DNA of 64,000 nucleotides from Promethearchaeota archaeon (lineage in GTDB: Archaea; Asgardarchaeota; Lokiarchaeia; Sigyniarchaeales; SOKP01). The notes beneath the pieces were generated by a model. It was given only the letters and a program-made list of their open reading frames with translations, made no database searches and was not told the DNA's origin. Shown here piece by piece: positions 29,537 through 39,543 of the stretch. Location of the stretch: positions 64,001 to 128,000 of the forward strand of contig JAUVNS010000005.1 in NCBI GenBank assembly GCA_030599585.1, read 5' to 3'. The first letter of the stretch is position 1, and every line of letters begins with the position of its first letter. The position numbers and the translations under genes are program-made.

Positions 29537-30847
29537 TTATAAATGTTCTGGAACTTTTTGACCTTTTAGAAGTTCCTCGAAAGTTTCTGCCTTCCTAATC
29601 TCATAAACTGATTTATTACTAATTAAAACTTCAGCAGGTCTAGGTCTAGAATTATAATTGCTACTCATCGTAAAACCATATGCTCCTACATCGAGAATTG
29701 CAAGTACATCCTTCTCTTCTAACTTATCTAATTCTCTATTCTTGCCTAATATATCACCTGATTCACAAATTGGCCCTGTGACATCATAAGTTAATGTTGA
29801 TGTTTTACCTTTCTTATTACACGCTATAATATGATGATAAGAATTATATAACGTAGGCCTTAATAGCGTATTAAACCCAGCATCAACTCCCGCAAATAAT
29901 TTAAATCCATTGTTTTTGATAGTGTTTATTTGTGTTAAAAGTATGCTTGACTCGGCAGTTAAATACCGTCCAGGTTCAATTTTAAAAATAGGTTTGCCGA
30001 TATCCTCAGAATTTACCAATTGTTTAAAGGGCTTTATCACCACATCTTTGTAGATATCAAAATCTAAAGGTTCCTTTAATGGACGATACGGAATACCCAG
30101 ACCACCACCAAAATCTATAAAGTCAAATTCAATCTCGAGAGACTTAGCAACTTTTTTGATAATACTAATGTATTTCTCTACTGGTTTTTTGAAATCTTGA
30201 GCGTTTAACACTCCTGAACCAATATGTTGATGAATCCCAAACTTCTCAAAACCATGTTCTTTTGCTTTGCTATACGCTTCGATCGCTTGTTCTTCTAAGA
30301 TACCAAATTTAATCGTTTTTCCCGCTGTAATTGTATGAGAGTGGTGTCCAGCACCAAACTCTGGGTTTATTCTAAAGGAAATTATTGATTTTTCCCTCCC
30401 AAGGTCTTCATGAATTTTCACTAATCTTTTTAATTGACTTACGCTGTCAAGATTTATTAGAACTTTATTTTTAACTGCGAACGTAAAGTCTTCATCTGTA
30501 AACATATTTCCAGTATATATTATCTTTTCAGGAGAAATATCTGCTTTAAAACACGTATATATTTCACCCATAGATGTACAATCAAAAGACGCCCCTTCTG
30601 AATGAAGTATTTTTAAAATTGATAAGTTTGAGTTTGCTTTAACAGCATAATGTATTCTATTATTCTCGTATTCTGAATTTAGTAGATTTTTTAAAATTCT
30701 ATACCGTTCTCGTATCGTGTTTTCGTTAATCACATAAATTGGAGTACCATATTCTTTAGAAATTTCTAGTGTATTTTTACCGGCAAAATAAAGCACATCG
30801 TCGCGATACTCTAAAGCTTTCATGGTTAGCCATTCTGAATAATTCAC
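29537..30847 (-). CDS. lysA: Diaminopimelate decarboxylase
   Basis: YAVKAN, HIGSG, GGG, EPGR, GPICESGD, GAYG. Confidence 0.95.
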   Translation of the reverse strand: MNYSEWLTMKALEYRDDVLYFAGKNTLEISKEYGTPIYVINENTIRERYRILKNLLNSEYENNRIHYAVKANSNLSILKILHSEGASFDCTSMGEIYTCFKADISPEKIIYTGNMFTDEDFTFAVKNKVLINLDSVSQLKRLVKIHEDLGREKSIISFRINPEFGAGHHSHTITAGKTIKFGILEEQAIEAYSKAKEHGFEKFGIHQHIGSGVLNAQDFKKPVEKYISIIKKVAKSLEIEFDFIDFGGGLGIPYRPLKEPLDFDIYKDVVIKPFKQLVNSEDIGKPIFKIEPGRYLTAESSILLTQINTIKNNGFKLFAGVDAGFNTLLRPTLYNSYHHIIACNKKGKTSTLTYDVTGPICESGDILGKNRELDKLEEKDVLAILDVGAYGFTMSSNYNSRPRPAEVLISNKSVYEIRKAETFEELLKGQKVPEHL

Positions 30848-30897
30848 TTTTTTTACCTCAAATTTAGCATTACAATTAACATAAATACATTATAGAA

Positions 30898-31779
30898 TCA
30901 AAATTCAATTCTATCGATAACTCCTTTAAACACTTTTACTGCGGGACCTTCCATAAATACTGTTTTGCCGTTATAAGTGATTTTCAAGTCACCTCCGTCG
31001 TTATGTACAGTTACCGGAGTGTTTAGATCAAATAATCCTAAAATAGTTCCCGCTACCACAGCAGCACAAGTACCAGTTCCGCAAGAATTCGTTACTCCTA
31101 CACCTCTTTCAAACACTCTTAGAACTGCCTCTTCTTTGGATATCACTTTTACAAATTCCACATTAGTTTTTTTAGGAAATATCTTATTAGATTCAATTGC
31201 AACTCCATATTTCTTTAAATTCTCATCGTTTATGACATTTTGGGTAAAAATAATCGCGTGAGGATTGCCCATTGACACCGCAGTGAATTTGAAAATTTTA
31301 TCTAATACCACAATGGATTCATTTACACAGCGATTAACAAGGCTATCCAAATTCACTGGAATGTTATCACAATCCAAAATCGGGGGGCCCATATCAATAT
31401 TTACTGTTTCAACTTTATTATTCACTACTTTAAGTTTCGCAACAACGATACCTTTTAGCGTTTCAATTTCAATCTCTTCTTTCGGATAGATACCATTTTC
31501 ATAAATATATTTTGCAAAACACCGTACTCCATTTCCACACATTTCTGCTTGAGAGCCATCAGGATTAAACATCTTAATCCTCACTTCGGTTGATTTTGGA
31601 TGACAGACAAATAAAACTCCATCTGCGCCGATTGAGAAGTGGTGTTTACATAATTTTATAGCTAAATCAGCTTTTTTATCGTCCGGAATACCCCACTTAA
31701 GATTATTTATTAATATATAATCGTTGCCTAAGCCATGGTGCTTCTCAAAATCCAAATTTTCTAATAAAATCTTGCCCAT
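30898..31779 (-). CDS. dapF: Diaminopimelate epimerase
   Basis: HGLGND, EMCGNG, GNPH, ERGVG.T.SCGTG. Confidence 0.95.
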   Translation of the reverse strand: MGKILLENLDFEKHHGLGNDYILINNLKWGIPDDKKADLAIKLCKHHFSIGADGVLFVCHPKSTEVRIKMFNPDGSQAEMCGNGVRCFAKYIYENGIYPKEEIEIETLKGIVVAKLKVVNNKVETVNIDMGPPILDCDNIPVNLDSLVNRCVNESIVVLDKIFKFTAVSMGNPHAIIFTQNVINDENLKKYGVAIESNKIFPKKTNVEFVKVISKEEAVLRVFERGVGVTNSCGTGTCAAVVAGTILGLFDLNTPVTVHNDGGDLKITYNGKTVFMEGPAVKVFKGVIDRIEF

Positions 31780-32016
31780 TTTATCGACACTTGCTAAAAT
31801 TTCTATTTATTATATGTTATTATTTGTTCTTATACATTAATTGTCCCCTTATTGAAAAAAATTACGATTTCAAATTGAAGATAACATAAATTTGCTATAA
31901 TATTAATTCCTATTTTCATTCTTGTAAGCAATTAAAAGGTTAAACCTAACAATTCAATAAAGCTTAATTTAGGTTCAACATTATATCAAAATTAAAATTA
32001 CTTGGTAAACTGAAAT

Positions 32017-32547
32017 ATGAAGCGCAAATATCTTACAGTTCCTATTCTCGCTCTAATGGCTCTCATTCCAATGGTAAGTATTTTTGGATTTGAGTATATT
32101 GACAACATAAACGATGGCATTTCCGTGTATTTTCTAGTAGATTTAGAAGCGGGTGAGAATATTGAAATTAACATAACCCATACCGGGGATGGGAACTTTA
32201 CGCTTTTTCTATTCGATTCACGTCCTTCTCAAACTTATGTAAACGATGATAAAACTCTTAACCCTATCATATTCCAGGTAGCCTTAAATTACAGCGTAGA
32301 TGACAATCCTTATATCAACTTTACCGTATCACAACCAAAAATATATTACATAGAACTGATTTTAATCGACAATGGGCCAGATACATTCTTCTTAGTATCT
32401 AATATTGACGAGCTAACGAGATATTATCTCCCAATTGTACCAGGATATCAAATAGAACTTGTAATCCTCGCATTCGTGCTAACTACGGGTCTACTTCTCT
32501 TGTATAAAATGAAATCAATGAAAAAGATTAAATCTAATAGTAATTAA
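32017..32547 (+). CDS. Exported protein with C-terminal VPGY-TM-basic anchor
   Basis: N-terminal signal-like segment; IVPGY followed by TM and lysine-rich tail. Confidence 0.7.
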   Translation: MKRKYLTVPILALMALIPMVSIFGFEYIDNINDGISVYFLVDLEAGENIEINITHTGDGNFTLFLFDSRPSQTYVNDDKTLNPIIFQVALNYSVDDNPYINFTVSQPKIYYIELILIDNGPDTFFLVSNIDELTRYYLPIVPGYQIELVILAFVLTTGLLLLYKMKSMKKIKSNSN

Positions 32548-32770
32548 ATCTCCAATCATCTATTCGTAATTTCTTATTGTTTGACGGATTCCGAAGTGCA
32601 CTATATTTAAGTGATAGCTGATTTTGATAATTTTTTACTACTTTTCTTGTTCAAATCTAACAAAATCATCATTTTAGGCGATCTCTGATCATCCTCCATC
32701 ACATAATTTTAAATTTAATTCACCAATAGCCTACTTATAGATTTTATATAAAGAAATAAAGTGTAGAAAA

Positions 32771-33961
32771 ATGGCGTTCGATGAAATTAGTAAAAAATTG
32801 GCCCAACTAATGAAGGAAACAGAAGAAATTGAACTGCAAGATGTAGAACTCTTTGCCGAATACTTAGAATTTCAAATGCTACCTGGTATTATTCAATCTG
32901 CAGCACAAGCAGTTCTTCCTGGTATCGGAAAAGCAGAATGGACACCAACAAAATTTTCTCTCGACTTGGATTTTCCGGGACAAATTGAAACTGTCGAATT
33001 TATACGTTCTAACGGAAAGAAAGCAACAATCGGTGGAGAAAAGGTACCTCCGTTCTATAACTTCCTGGGGCTTGATAAAAGAAACCCAAACCCCCCTCTC
33101 GTTACATACGATGTATTCGATATGGGCTCTAAAATGATGTTACCAAAACCTATTAAGAAAGAGTACGGAGAAGTCTTAGGGGATCCCGCAGAATGGGCTA
33201 AATTAGCGGTTAATAAATTTGGCGCAGAAAGTATAACTTTCCACTCTCTAGAAATCGATCCTGGAATGGGCGACGCACCTGTTTCTCAATCTCTAAAATA
33301 TTTAGAAGATATATTGCAAGCAGTTGATGTTCCGGTCATTATTGGTTGTTCGGGAAATAAAGAAAAGGATGTAGAGTTATTTAAAGTCACTGCGGCTGCT
33401 ACTGAAAGCGAAGTATTGATGCTTTCTGCTGCAGACAAAGCTACATGGGAGGAAGTAATTCCATTAGCAGTTAAATACGATCACAATTGCTTGCTATGGA
33501 CGAGTTTGGATTTAAACAACCAAATAAAAATGAACAAAGACGCTCTAGAACTGGGACTCCCTAAAAATAGAATAGTTATGGATCCAACTTGCGCTACATT
33601 GGGCTACGGTATGGAATACTCGTTCAGCATTTATCAAAGAATGCGGATCGCTGGATTGTTGGGAGAAACTGACCTAGCATATCCAATCAGTGGTGGTACA
33701 ACTAACGCATGGGGTGCTCGTGAAGCTTGGATGAGCGAAAAAGTAGCGCCTCAATGGGGGAAGAGAGAGTACCGAGGACCAATTTGGGAAATTATTAATG
33801 CTTTAAGTTTAACTCTTGTAGGCTTAGATCTTGCTATGATGTTCCATCCTATAGCCGCTAAACACGTTAAGGAAATAACAAGTCAATTCTTTGCAGAAAT
33901 TCCTAAACACTTAGAAGGTAAAGGTTATTACGACTGGGTTTCAGCAAGAATTAAGAAATAG
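32771..33961 (+). CDS. cdhD: CO dehydrogenase/acetyl-CoA synthase delta subunit (corrinoid Fe-S protein small subunit)
   Basis: DPAEWAK, VDVPVIIGCSG, IVMDPT, LGYGMEYS, AWGAREAW. Confidence 0.9.
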   Translation: MAFDEISKKLAQLMKETEEIELQDVELFAEYLEFQMLPGIIQSAAQAVLPGIGKAEWTPTKFSLDLDFPGQIETVEFIRSNGKKATIGGEKVPPFYNFLGLDKRNPNPPLVTYDVFDMGSKMMLPKPIKKEYGEVLGDPAEWAKLAVNKFGAESITFHSLEIDPGMGDAPVSQSLKYLEDILQAVDVPVIIGCSGNKEKDVELFKVTAAATESEVLMLSAADKATWEEVIPLAVKYDHNCLLWTSLDLNNQIKMNKDALELGLPKNRIVMDPTCATLGYGMEYSFSIYQRMRIAGLLGETDLAYPISGGTTNAWGAREAWMSEKVAPQWGKREYRGPIWEIINALSLTLVGLDLAMMFHPIAAKHVKEITSQFFAEIPKHLEGKGYYDWVSARIKK

Positions 33962-33995
33962 ATTTCTCCTTTTTTCTCATTTTTTTTTAATTAAT

Positions 33996-34880
33996 TCATT
34001 TAGAACTACGATCTTTTAATTCTATACTGTAGACTAAGTCTTTATTCATATCTAACTTAATCAATATTTTTTCTACGATTGTTCTGACTCGGGGTTTATA
34101 ATATTCAAGAATCATCACGCCAGGAAAAGCTGAACCTGCTGCAATAAGAGGGCTAATTATTTGAATTATTACTGCCATTTCGAATTTACCACTTTGTATT
34201 ACAGGGGTTACCCAAAAAATAATCATTATAATTAAATTATATATAAACCCAATCCCGGCATATCCTTTAATTACTTTATATAAGCGGCTACTAGCTAAGT
34301 CAGCGGCTTCAAATTGAACGCCTTTAATCTTTTTAGTCGTTACAACACCAGAATCCATCATTACCCATATAGGAATAACGATAAGAGCACAAGGGATTAC
34401 TACGATCCAGGCTAATTGCCACATTGTAGATACATCGGGTAGCGAATATGTAATTGATGGGTTTACACTTCTCATAAATTCGACAATAGTTTCTTGTCCT
34501 GATAATGTAAAGCAAATATTACCAACAAAAAATCCTAAAATGATAGATCTTATCCAAATTCTACGGTATAATAAAGATCCGCTTAATTTTTCCACATTTA
34601 CAAGTCCTACTTTATTTTTTTTACTAAGTGTTTTCACATATCTCTTGATAAAAATTGGCGAGATAAAAAATATAGAAATTAATCCCGCAATCGTACCAAA
34701 TACCCCTGACATTACTATCGTAAAGACCCATTCAACTTGGACGTTTCCAGGAGTAATAAATTCCCCTTCTGGGTTTGGCATGGGGTCTATCATAAAAGAA
34801 AAAGCTACAATCGTAAGAATTATTAACAATACATAAAGGACTATAAAGAATAAATAGACTTTCCGCGTTTTACCATTCAT
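33996..34880 (-). CDS. Multi-pass membrane protein
   Basis: About six hydrophobic segments. Confidence 0.7.
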   Translation of the reverse strand: MNGKTRKVYLFFIVLYVLLIILTIVAFSFMIDPMPNPEGEFITPGNVQVEWVFTIVMSGVFGTIAGLISIFFISPIFIKRYVKTLSKKNKVGLVNVEKLSGSLLYRRIWIRSIILGFFVGNICFTLSGQETIVEFMRSVNPSITYSLPDVSTMWQLAWIVVIPCALIVIPIWVMMDSGVVTTKKIKGVQFEAADLASSRLYKVIKGYAGIGFIYNLIIMIIFWVTPVIQSGKFEMAVIIQIISPLIAAGSAFPGVMILEYYKPRVRTIVEKILIKLDMNKDLVYSIELKDRSSK

Positions 34881-35028
34881 AAATCATACATCTATTTTAT
34901 ATATTTAAAATTAATCTATAAACAAGTTTATGAAAAGAAATTGCACTCCAAAACTATATACATAAGATTTAAATAATCTATTTTGTCATCTAGATTGGAA
35001 TTTGTAATGTATTTAGGGGGAAACTAGG

Positions 35029-35136
35029 TTGAAAGCGGTAAATATATATGAAATTATTATGACAATAATCGGATTAACTGCCTTATTTGCTTTAGGCTAT
35101 GTGATCCTTGCTATTGCAAGTCTGTTTTCTCTCTAA
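35029..35136 (+). CDS. Small single-TM protein (35 aa), missing from ORF track
   Basis: AGGGGG SD, TTG start, MKAVNIYEIIMTIIGLTALFALGYVILAIASLFSL*. Confidence 0.5.
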   Translation: MKAVNIYEIIMTIIGLTALFALGYVILAIASLFSL

Positions 35137-35165
35137 TTCAAATAAAAAGGATAATAAAAATAAGT

Positions 35166-35414
35166 TCATGTAAGCTTTTTAATTTTGATGTAGTAATCTT
35201 CCCCGTTGATCTTAAACTCTAGTACAGAGTCTCCATGCTTTTCGACATACCTCTTAACATTCTCCCCTGATTCTCCAAAATCACCTGTTACTTCAAGGAT
35301 ATCTCCAGATTCCATTTCTCTTAATTTTTTTTTTGTTCTTGCTACTGGTAATGGGCACACTAATCCATTGCAATTCAAAGTATAAGATTTACTAATAATT
35401 ACCACCTGTTTCAT
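35166..35414 (-). CDS. TusA/SirA family sulfur carrier
   Basis: GLVCPLP motif; GDILEV. Confidence 0.88.
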   Translation of the reverse strand: MKQVVIISKSYTLNCNGLVCPLPVARTKKKLREMESGDILEVTGDFGESGENVKRYVEKHGDSVLEFKINGEDYYIKIKKLT

Positions 35415-35416
35415 TT

Positions 35417-35776
35417 CTAACTGAATAACACATTATCGGCTTCTACACACATATTAACAAAACCGTTCATGGTGGTTATTTCAATACCAGGAATTAGTTC
35501 CTCAGCTGCAACGCCTCTTGCTTTAGTGCATACGCCACAAGCTTTAACAACTCCACCTTCCTCGATTATATCTTTAAGCCACTTTTCAAGGTTGTCATAA
35601 GATGAGGGATTCTGATGTTTTTTTCCTACAAACACTCCATCTTCTACTAAAAAGATATTTATTTTATGCCCTTCTAGTAACGATGTAAATGCGAACCTTA
35701 GCATTGTATAGGGCCTTTCGGAAGTATAGGCACCATCACCAATTACGATTGTAAAAGTTTTTATCTTATCGGTCAT
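35417..35776 (-). CDS. DsrE/TusD family protein
   Basis: IFLVEDGV, ACGVCTKARG. Confidence 0.88.
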   Translation of the reverse strand: MTDKIKTFTIVIGDGAYTSERPYTMLRFAFTSLLEGHKINIFLVEDGVFVGKKHQNPSSYDNLEKWLKDIIEEGGVVKACGVCTKARGVAAEELIPGIEITTMNGFVNMCVEADNVLFS

Positions 35777-35960
35777 GTTGGGTCAAATTTTTAACTAATT
35801 TAAAACAATAGGTTATATTATAGAAATTAAAAAGTATTTATTAATTTTTTCGTATTAATTTATTTATTATTTCGATAAATTATTTAATATTGTAAAGGCG
35901 TTACTTATTTGAACAAGAGAATTATTTTTAACTTAATAGTAAAGAGAAGATAATAGGACG

Positions 35961-36863
35961 ATGAAAATCGAATATCTAAGGAACTTTATAAAATTAGTGA
36001 ACTACAAAAGTTTTTCAGAATTGGCACGCGACATTGCAATTTCCCAGAGTACTATTTCTCATCAAATTTCTCAACTTGAGAAAATTTTTGGAGTAACCTT
36101 GATTAACAGGAGTACAAAAAAGTTCGAAATTACAGAAGCTGGAAATACCTTATTAGATTATTCACAACAAATTATTGATTTATACGATTCTTGCGTTATA
36201 AATTTAGAAAAGTATGGAAACGCAAAATTTGAAGAAATTGTAATTTCGGCGTCCACAACGCCGGGATCTCATATTTTACCAAGATATATCGCAAAGTTCC
36301 GAGATAAAAATCCCAATGTGAATTTCAAAATTAAAATTAATAATTCACTGAAATCGATAGAAAATATCGTTAAAAACTTGGCGGATTTTGCTGGCATAGG
36401 CAGTTTTATAAATTACAATAAGGATGATTTTGATTTCATCAAAATTGGAGAGGATCAGCTTAAATTTATCTGTTCTCCTAATCATAAATTACTTGAAAAT
36501 ACAAAGAGTTTAGTTAATTTCGCAGATATTGTTAAATTCCCTTTTGTTTGGCGAGAAAAAGGTTCAGGGATGAGGAATGCATTTGAACGCCAATTTCCAG
36601 ATTATAAAAAGCTAAAAATTAAACTCGAGATGAATGACAACGATTCCATTATTTCAACAGTTAGCGAATCGAAATATGTTAGCATTATGAGTGAAATGAT
36701 GGCAGTCAATGCCGAAAAGGCAGGATTAATTAAAATTCTAGAAATTATTGGTTTTCCTCAGATTGTAAAAAGAGATTTATTCTTTATCAAATCAAAAAAT
36801 AAAGAATTAAGCGAATTAAAGACTAGTTTTTGGGAATATATAAAAAAAAAATATGATAATTAG
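35961..36863 (+). CDS. LysR-family transcriptional regulator
   Basis: SFSELAR..ISQSTISHQISQLE HTH; ASTTPG; REKGSG.R. Confidence 0.92.
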   Translation: MKIEYLRNFIKLVNYKSFSELARDIAISQSTISHQISQLEKIFGVTLINRSTKKFEITEAGNTLLDYSQQIIDLYDSCVINLEKYGNAKFEEIVISASTTPGSHILPRYIAKFRDKNPNVNFKIKINNSLKSIENIVKNLADFAGIGSFINYNKDDFDFIKIGEDQLKFICSPNHKLLENTKSLVNFADIVKFPFVWREKGSGMRNAFERQFPDYKKLKIKLEMNDNDSIISTVSESKYVSIMSEMMAVNAEKAGLIKILEIIGFPQIVKRDLFFIKSKNKELSELKTSFWEYIKKKYDN

Positions 36864-36877
36864 TTGAGTAAGTTTTT

Positions 36878-38314
36878 CTATTTAATTAGCCCTGCATTAT
36901 CGAAATTCAGAAAGTAGCTAATTTTTTCTTTCAAAGGATATATACCCTCTTTAAATAATGTGATAAGAAAGATTACGATAAACACAATAGAACCTAGCCC
37001 TGGAGCAAAATTTCCCATAAAATCAACAGCAGTAGAAGTGGGATCCAAAGAAAATAGAGTATATATTAACGATCCGACCGCAATGATGACTGATAGGAAT
37101 GAGATCACGACTGCAACTTTTTTGCTGATATTTAGATGGAACGGCCCGATATCCAAGCGAAAGTGTTTAGGCTGGACTATTATCGATAAAACGCTGTGAT
37201 TTATAATATTCTCTTCAAATTCGATATAGACGTGCAAATACCTCCTTTCTCCCATTTTCTTTTCTTTCTTAGTTTTGTCCTTTTTTTTAACGGGTAATAC
37301 CGAGAATATCATAACGGGTGGATTGATAGCGTCTTTTTTAATTTCTACTTTGCCGTGTAAGGGGTGAACTTCAAATCCTTCTCCTTTAACTTTTAAGTCT
37401 ACTATAGGAGGTTCTTTCTTTGTAGTAACAATTTGAAAGGATGTTTCAAAAACCGTTTTACCTTCCTCATCAACGATTTTGAGTTCCTTATGTGACAAGT
37501 ACACATAAAACAAATAGCTCGATTGTTCCATCATGACAGAATAATATTGAAGTCCCATATTTATATCGTAGGTCGTGCTTTGAGGTTCTTCCGAAAGATC
37601 TTCTTTTCCTCGTAATGGGCTTTCTTCTTCTGGTTTAAGGGTTTCTCCATACCCCCCTAGAACCTCGCTGGCTGCTTTCGGAGGTCCTCCACCTGGGGCT
37701 ATTGACGGTCGAGAAGGAGGCGCAGGAGCAGAACCAAACGATTCACTTGAAGCATTGTCCATACTGCGAGCTTCCTCCATAAACATGTCTTCATCAATAG
37801 ACTCTTCATCCGCAGCGTATTTCATTGCTTTAGATTCTTGTCTTTTCCCCTTTTTTTTAGCTTTCGGGGCATCCACCATGCGTTCTTTTTTGTCTTGGAA
37901 ATCATAGGCTTTTCCCGATTTTCTGCGTAAAAGATTATCATCTACAGTAATTTTAGAGAGTGTCGCAGGTTCGTCTGAAATGACTATAACTTCCTTTTCT
38001 TTAGCTTTTTCTTTTTTGCCTTCTTTCTCTTTTTTAGAAATTAAATTAAGGTTTTTAAGTTTAGTCTTCTCTAAAAGGGGTGTGAGGGTGACGAAGTCTA
38101 CAAACGAAATATTCGCTCTATTTAATTGAATATCTCCAAATGACTTGTAAATATCATCTAAAACCTTACCCAACTTGGCATTTTTTTTATAATTTCCAAT
38201 AAAGATAAAATCAAGAATGTATACTGAAAGAATTTGAGTTTTTTTGTCATAAAATATTTTATTTGTTTCAATTTTAAGTTCATTAATTGCTTGTAGAGTT
38301 TCCATATTTTCCAC
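36878..38314 (-). CDS. Hypothetical protein with charged/Pro-rich linker and two C-terminal TMs
   Basis: 478-aa ORF; composition. Confidence 0.7.
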   Translation of the reverse strand: MENMETLQAINELKIETNKIFYDKKTQILSVYILDFIFIGNYKKNAKLGKVLDDIYKSFGDIQLNRANISFVDFVTLTPLLEKTKLKNLNLISKKEKEGKKEKAKEKEVIVISDEPATLSKITVDDNLLRRKSGKAYDFQDKKERMVDAPKAKKKGKRQESKAMKYAADEESIDEDMFMEEARSMDNASSESFGSAPAPPSRPSIAPGGGPPKAASEVLGGYGETLKPEEESPLRGKEDLSEEPQSTTYDINMGLQYYSVMMEQSSYLFYVYLSHKELKIVDEEGKTVFETSFQIVTTKKEPPIVDLKVKGEGFEVHPLHGKVEIKKDAINPPVMIFSVLPVKKKDKTKKEKKMGERRYLHVYIEFEENIINHSVLSIIVQPKHFRLDIGPFHLNISKKVAVVISFLSVIIAVGSLIYTLFSLDPTSTAVDFMGNFAPGLGSIVFIVIFLITLFKEGIYPLKEKISYFLNFDNAGLIK

Positions 38315-38340
38315 TACATTATTCTTTGTTTTTTATTATT

Positions 38341-39348
38341 TTACGAATTTAAATCTCTTAAATAAGCCTTAAATTCTAAGATGTGTTTTTTAATATCTTT
38401 TATTTTTTCTATTTTTAAATCTTTTCCTATAATTTTTTCAATTGCATCATTCATCAATTGCAGATCCTTATAAGCCTTAAAATTATCGTAGGAGGTAGAT
38501 TCGAACTTAGATTGCCAAGGCTTTAGTTTTGGTCTGGATTCTATTCCTCTTAACTCCCATCTAATTTCGTTTTTAAACGCTTTAGTTAGCGGTTTTATGC
38601 TAAATTCATCCCACTTTTGAATAATCCAAGGTGCATACTTGTGAAGCTTGTCATAATCTAACTCTAAATCGTCTTTCCATTCAAATTGATGGTCCCAATT
38701 TGCAATAGCGATAATATTATTGTTTAATGTTTTTTCTATTGGGAAGAATCTCCAAGAATTTCTGTTAATTTTCTCACTTTTAAAAGGAAATCCTTCTGCG
38801 TATTGAAAATAATATCCTATTACCTTAAATTCCTTAGTATTTGTTGTGCTTAACCTCAGGTAGACCTCGATTTGAGCGATATCTATTTTGCTTTTAAAGA
38901 GTTCTTCTTGAAGTAATTTATATAGCACATTCTTTGCTTGGTTTGGATGACATTTTCCAGAAAAAACGGGAAAATAAGTGAAACAGTAAAAAACATTAGT
39001 TCCTTGAGTTTCTCCCTTATAAATTTCCACCCAATTTTCCAAAGGCTTGATTAAAACGTGAGAACGCAGGTAAATAAAAATTAAAACGATATCCACTACG
39101 GCAGCGATACTAATTACCGCAATAAAAAGAATTAGAAATGTTTCTGCTACTCTAAAGATAATTGATAAAGATACAAAAATGAACAAACCTCCAGTTAGAA
39201 AGAAAAAAGCTATTAAAGAATTCAAAGCTTCATGTTCTTTGTCTTTCTTTGAGTATAGGAAACTTGGAGAGTTGTCAACAATTACTTTCTTGCTAAATTC
39301 ATCAATGAAATCTTGAAAAATTACTTTATTCCAATCTGAATCTGACAT
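38341..39348 (-). CDS. Hypothetical protein with two N-terminal TMs
   Basis: 335-aa ORF. Confidence 0.7.
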   Translation of the reverse strand: MSDSDWNKVIFQDFIDEFSKKVIVDNSPSFLYSKKDKEHEALNSLIAFFFLTGGLFIFVSLSIIFRVAETFLILFIAVISIAAVVDIVLIFIYLRSHVLIKPLENWVEIYKGETQGTNVFYCFTYFPVFSGKCHPNQAKNVLYKLLQEELFKSKIDIAQIEVYLRLSTTNTKEFKVIGYYFQYAEGFPFKSEKINRNSWRFFPIEKTLNNNIIAIANWDHQFEWKDDLELDYDKLHKYAPWIIQKWDEFSIKPLTKAFKNEIRWELRGIESRPKLKPWQSKFESTSYDNFKAYKDLQLMNDAIEKIIGKDLKIEKIKDIKKHILEFKAYLRDLNS

Positions 39349-39543
39349 TTTATTCAGAAAAAAACTTCAATTTAATAGATTTAATTTAATCTCAATAAGG
39401 GGTACTTATTTTTATATTTTAGTAGGTAATTAAGGTCATGTTTTAACAGCTTTATCTTAAATTCAAGCAATAGGTAAATTAAAAAATCGAAGCTCTTTTG
39501 AAATTTTTAATTAATATATTTCATTAATTCTCTTGAGCTATTT

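Noticed and set aside
32560-32720. C/D-box-like words (ATGATGA, CTGA) and a 30-codon minus-strand ORF
   Set aside because: Boxes are not on the same strand with plausible guide spacing; the ORF has no support.
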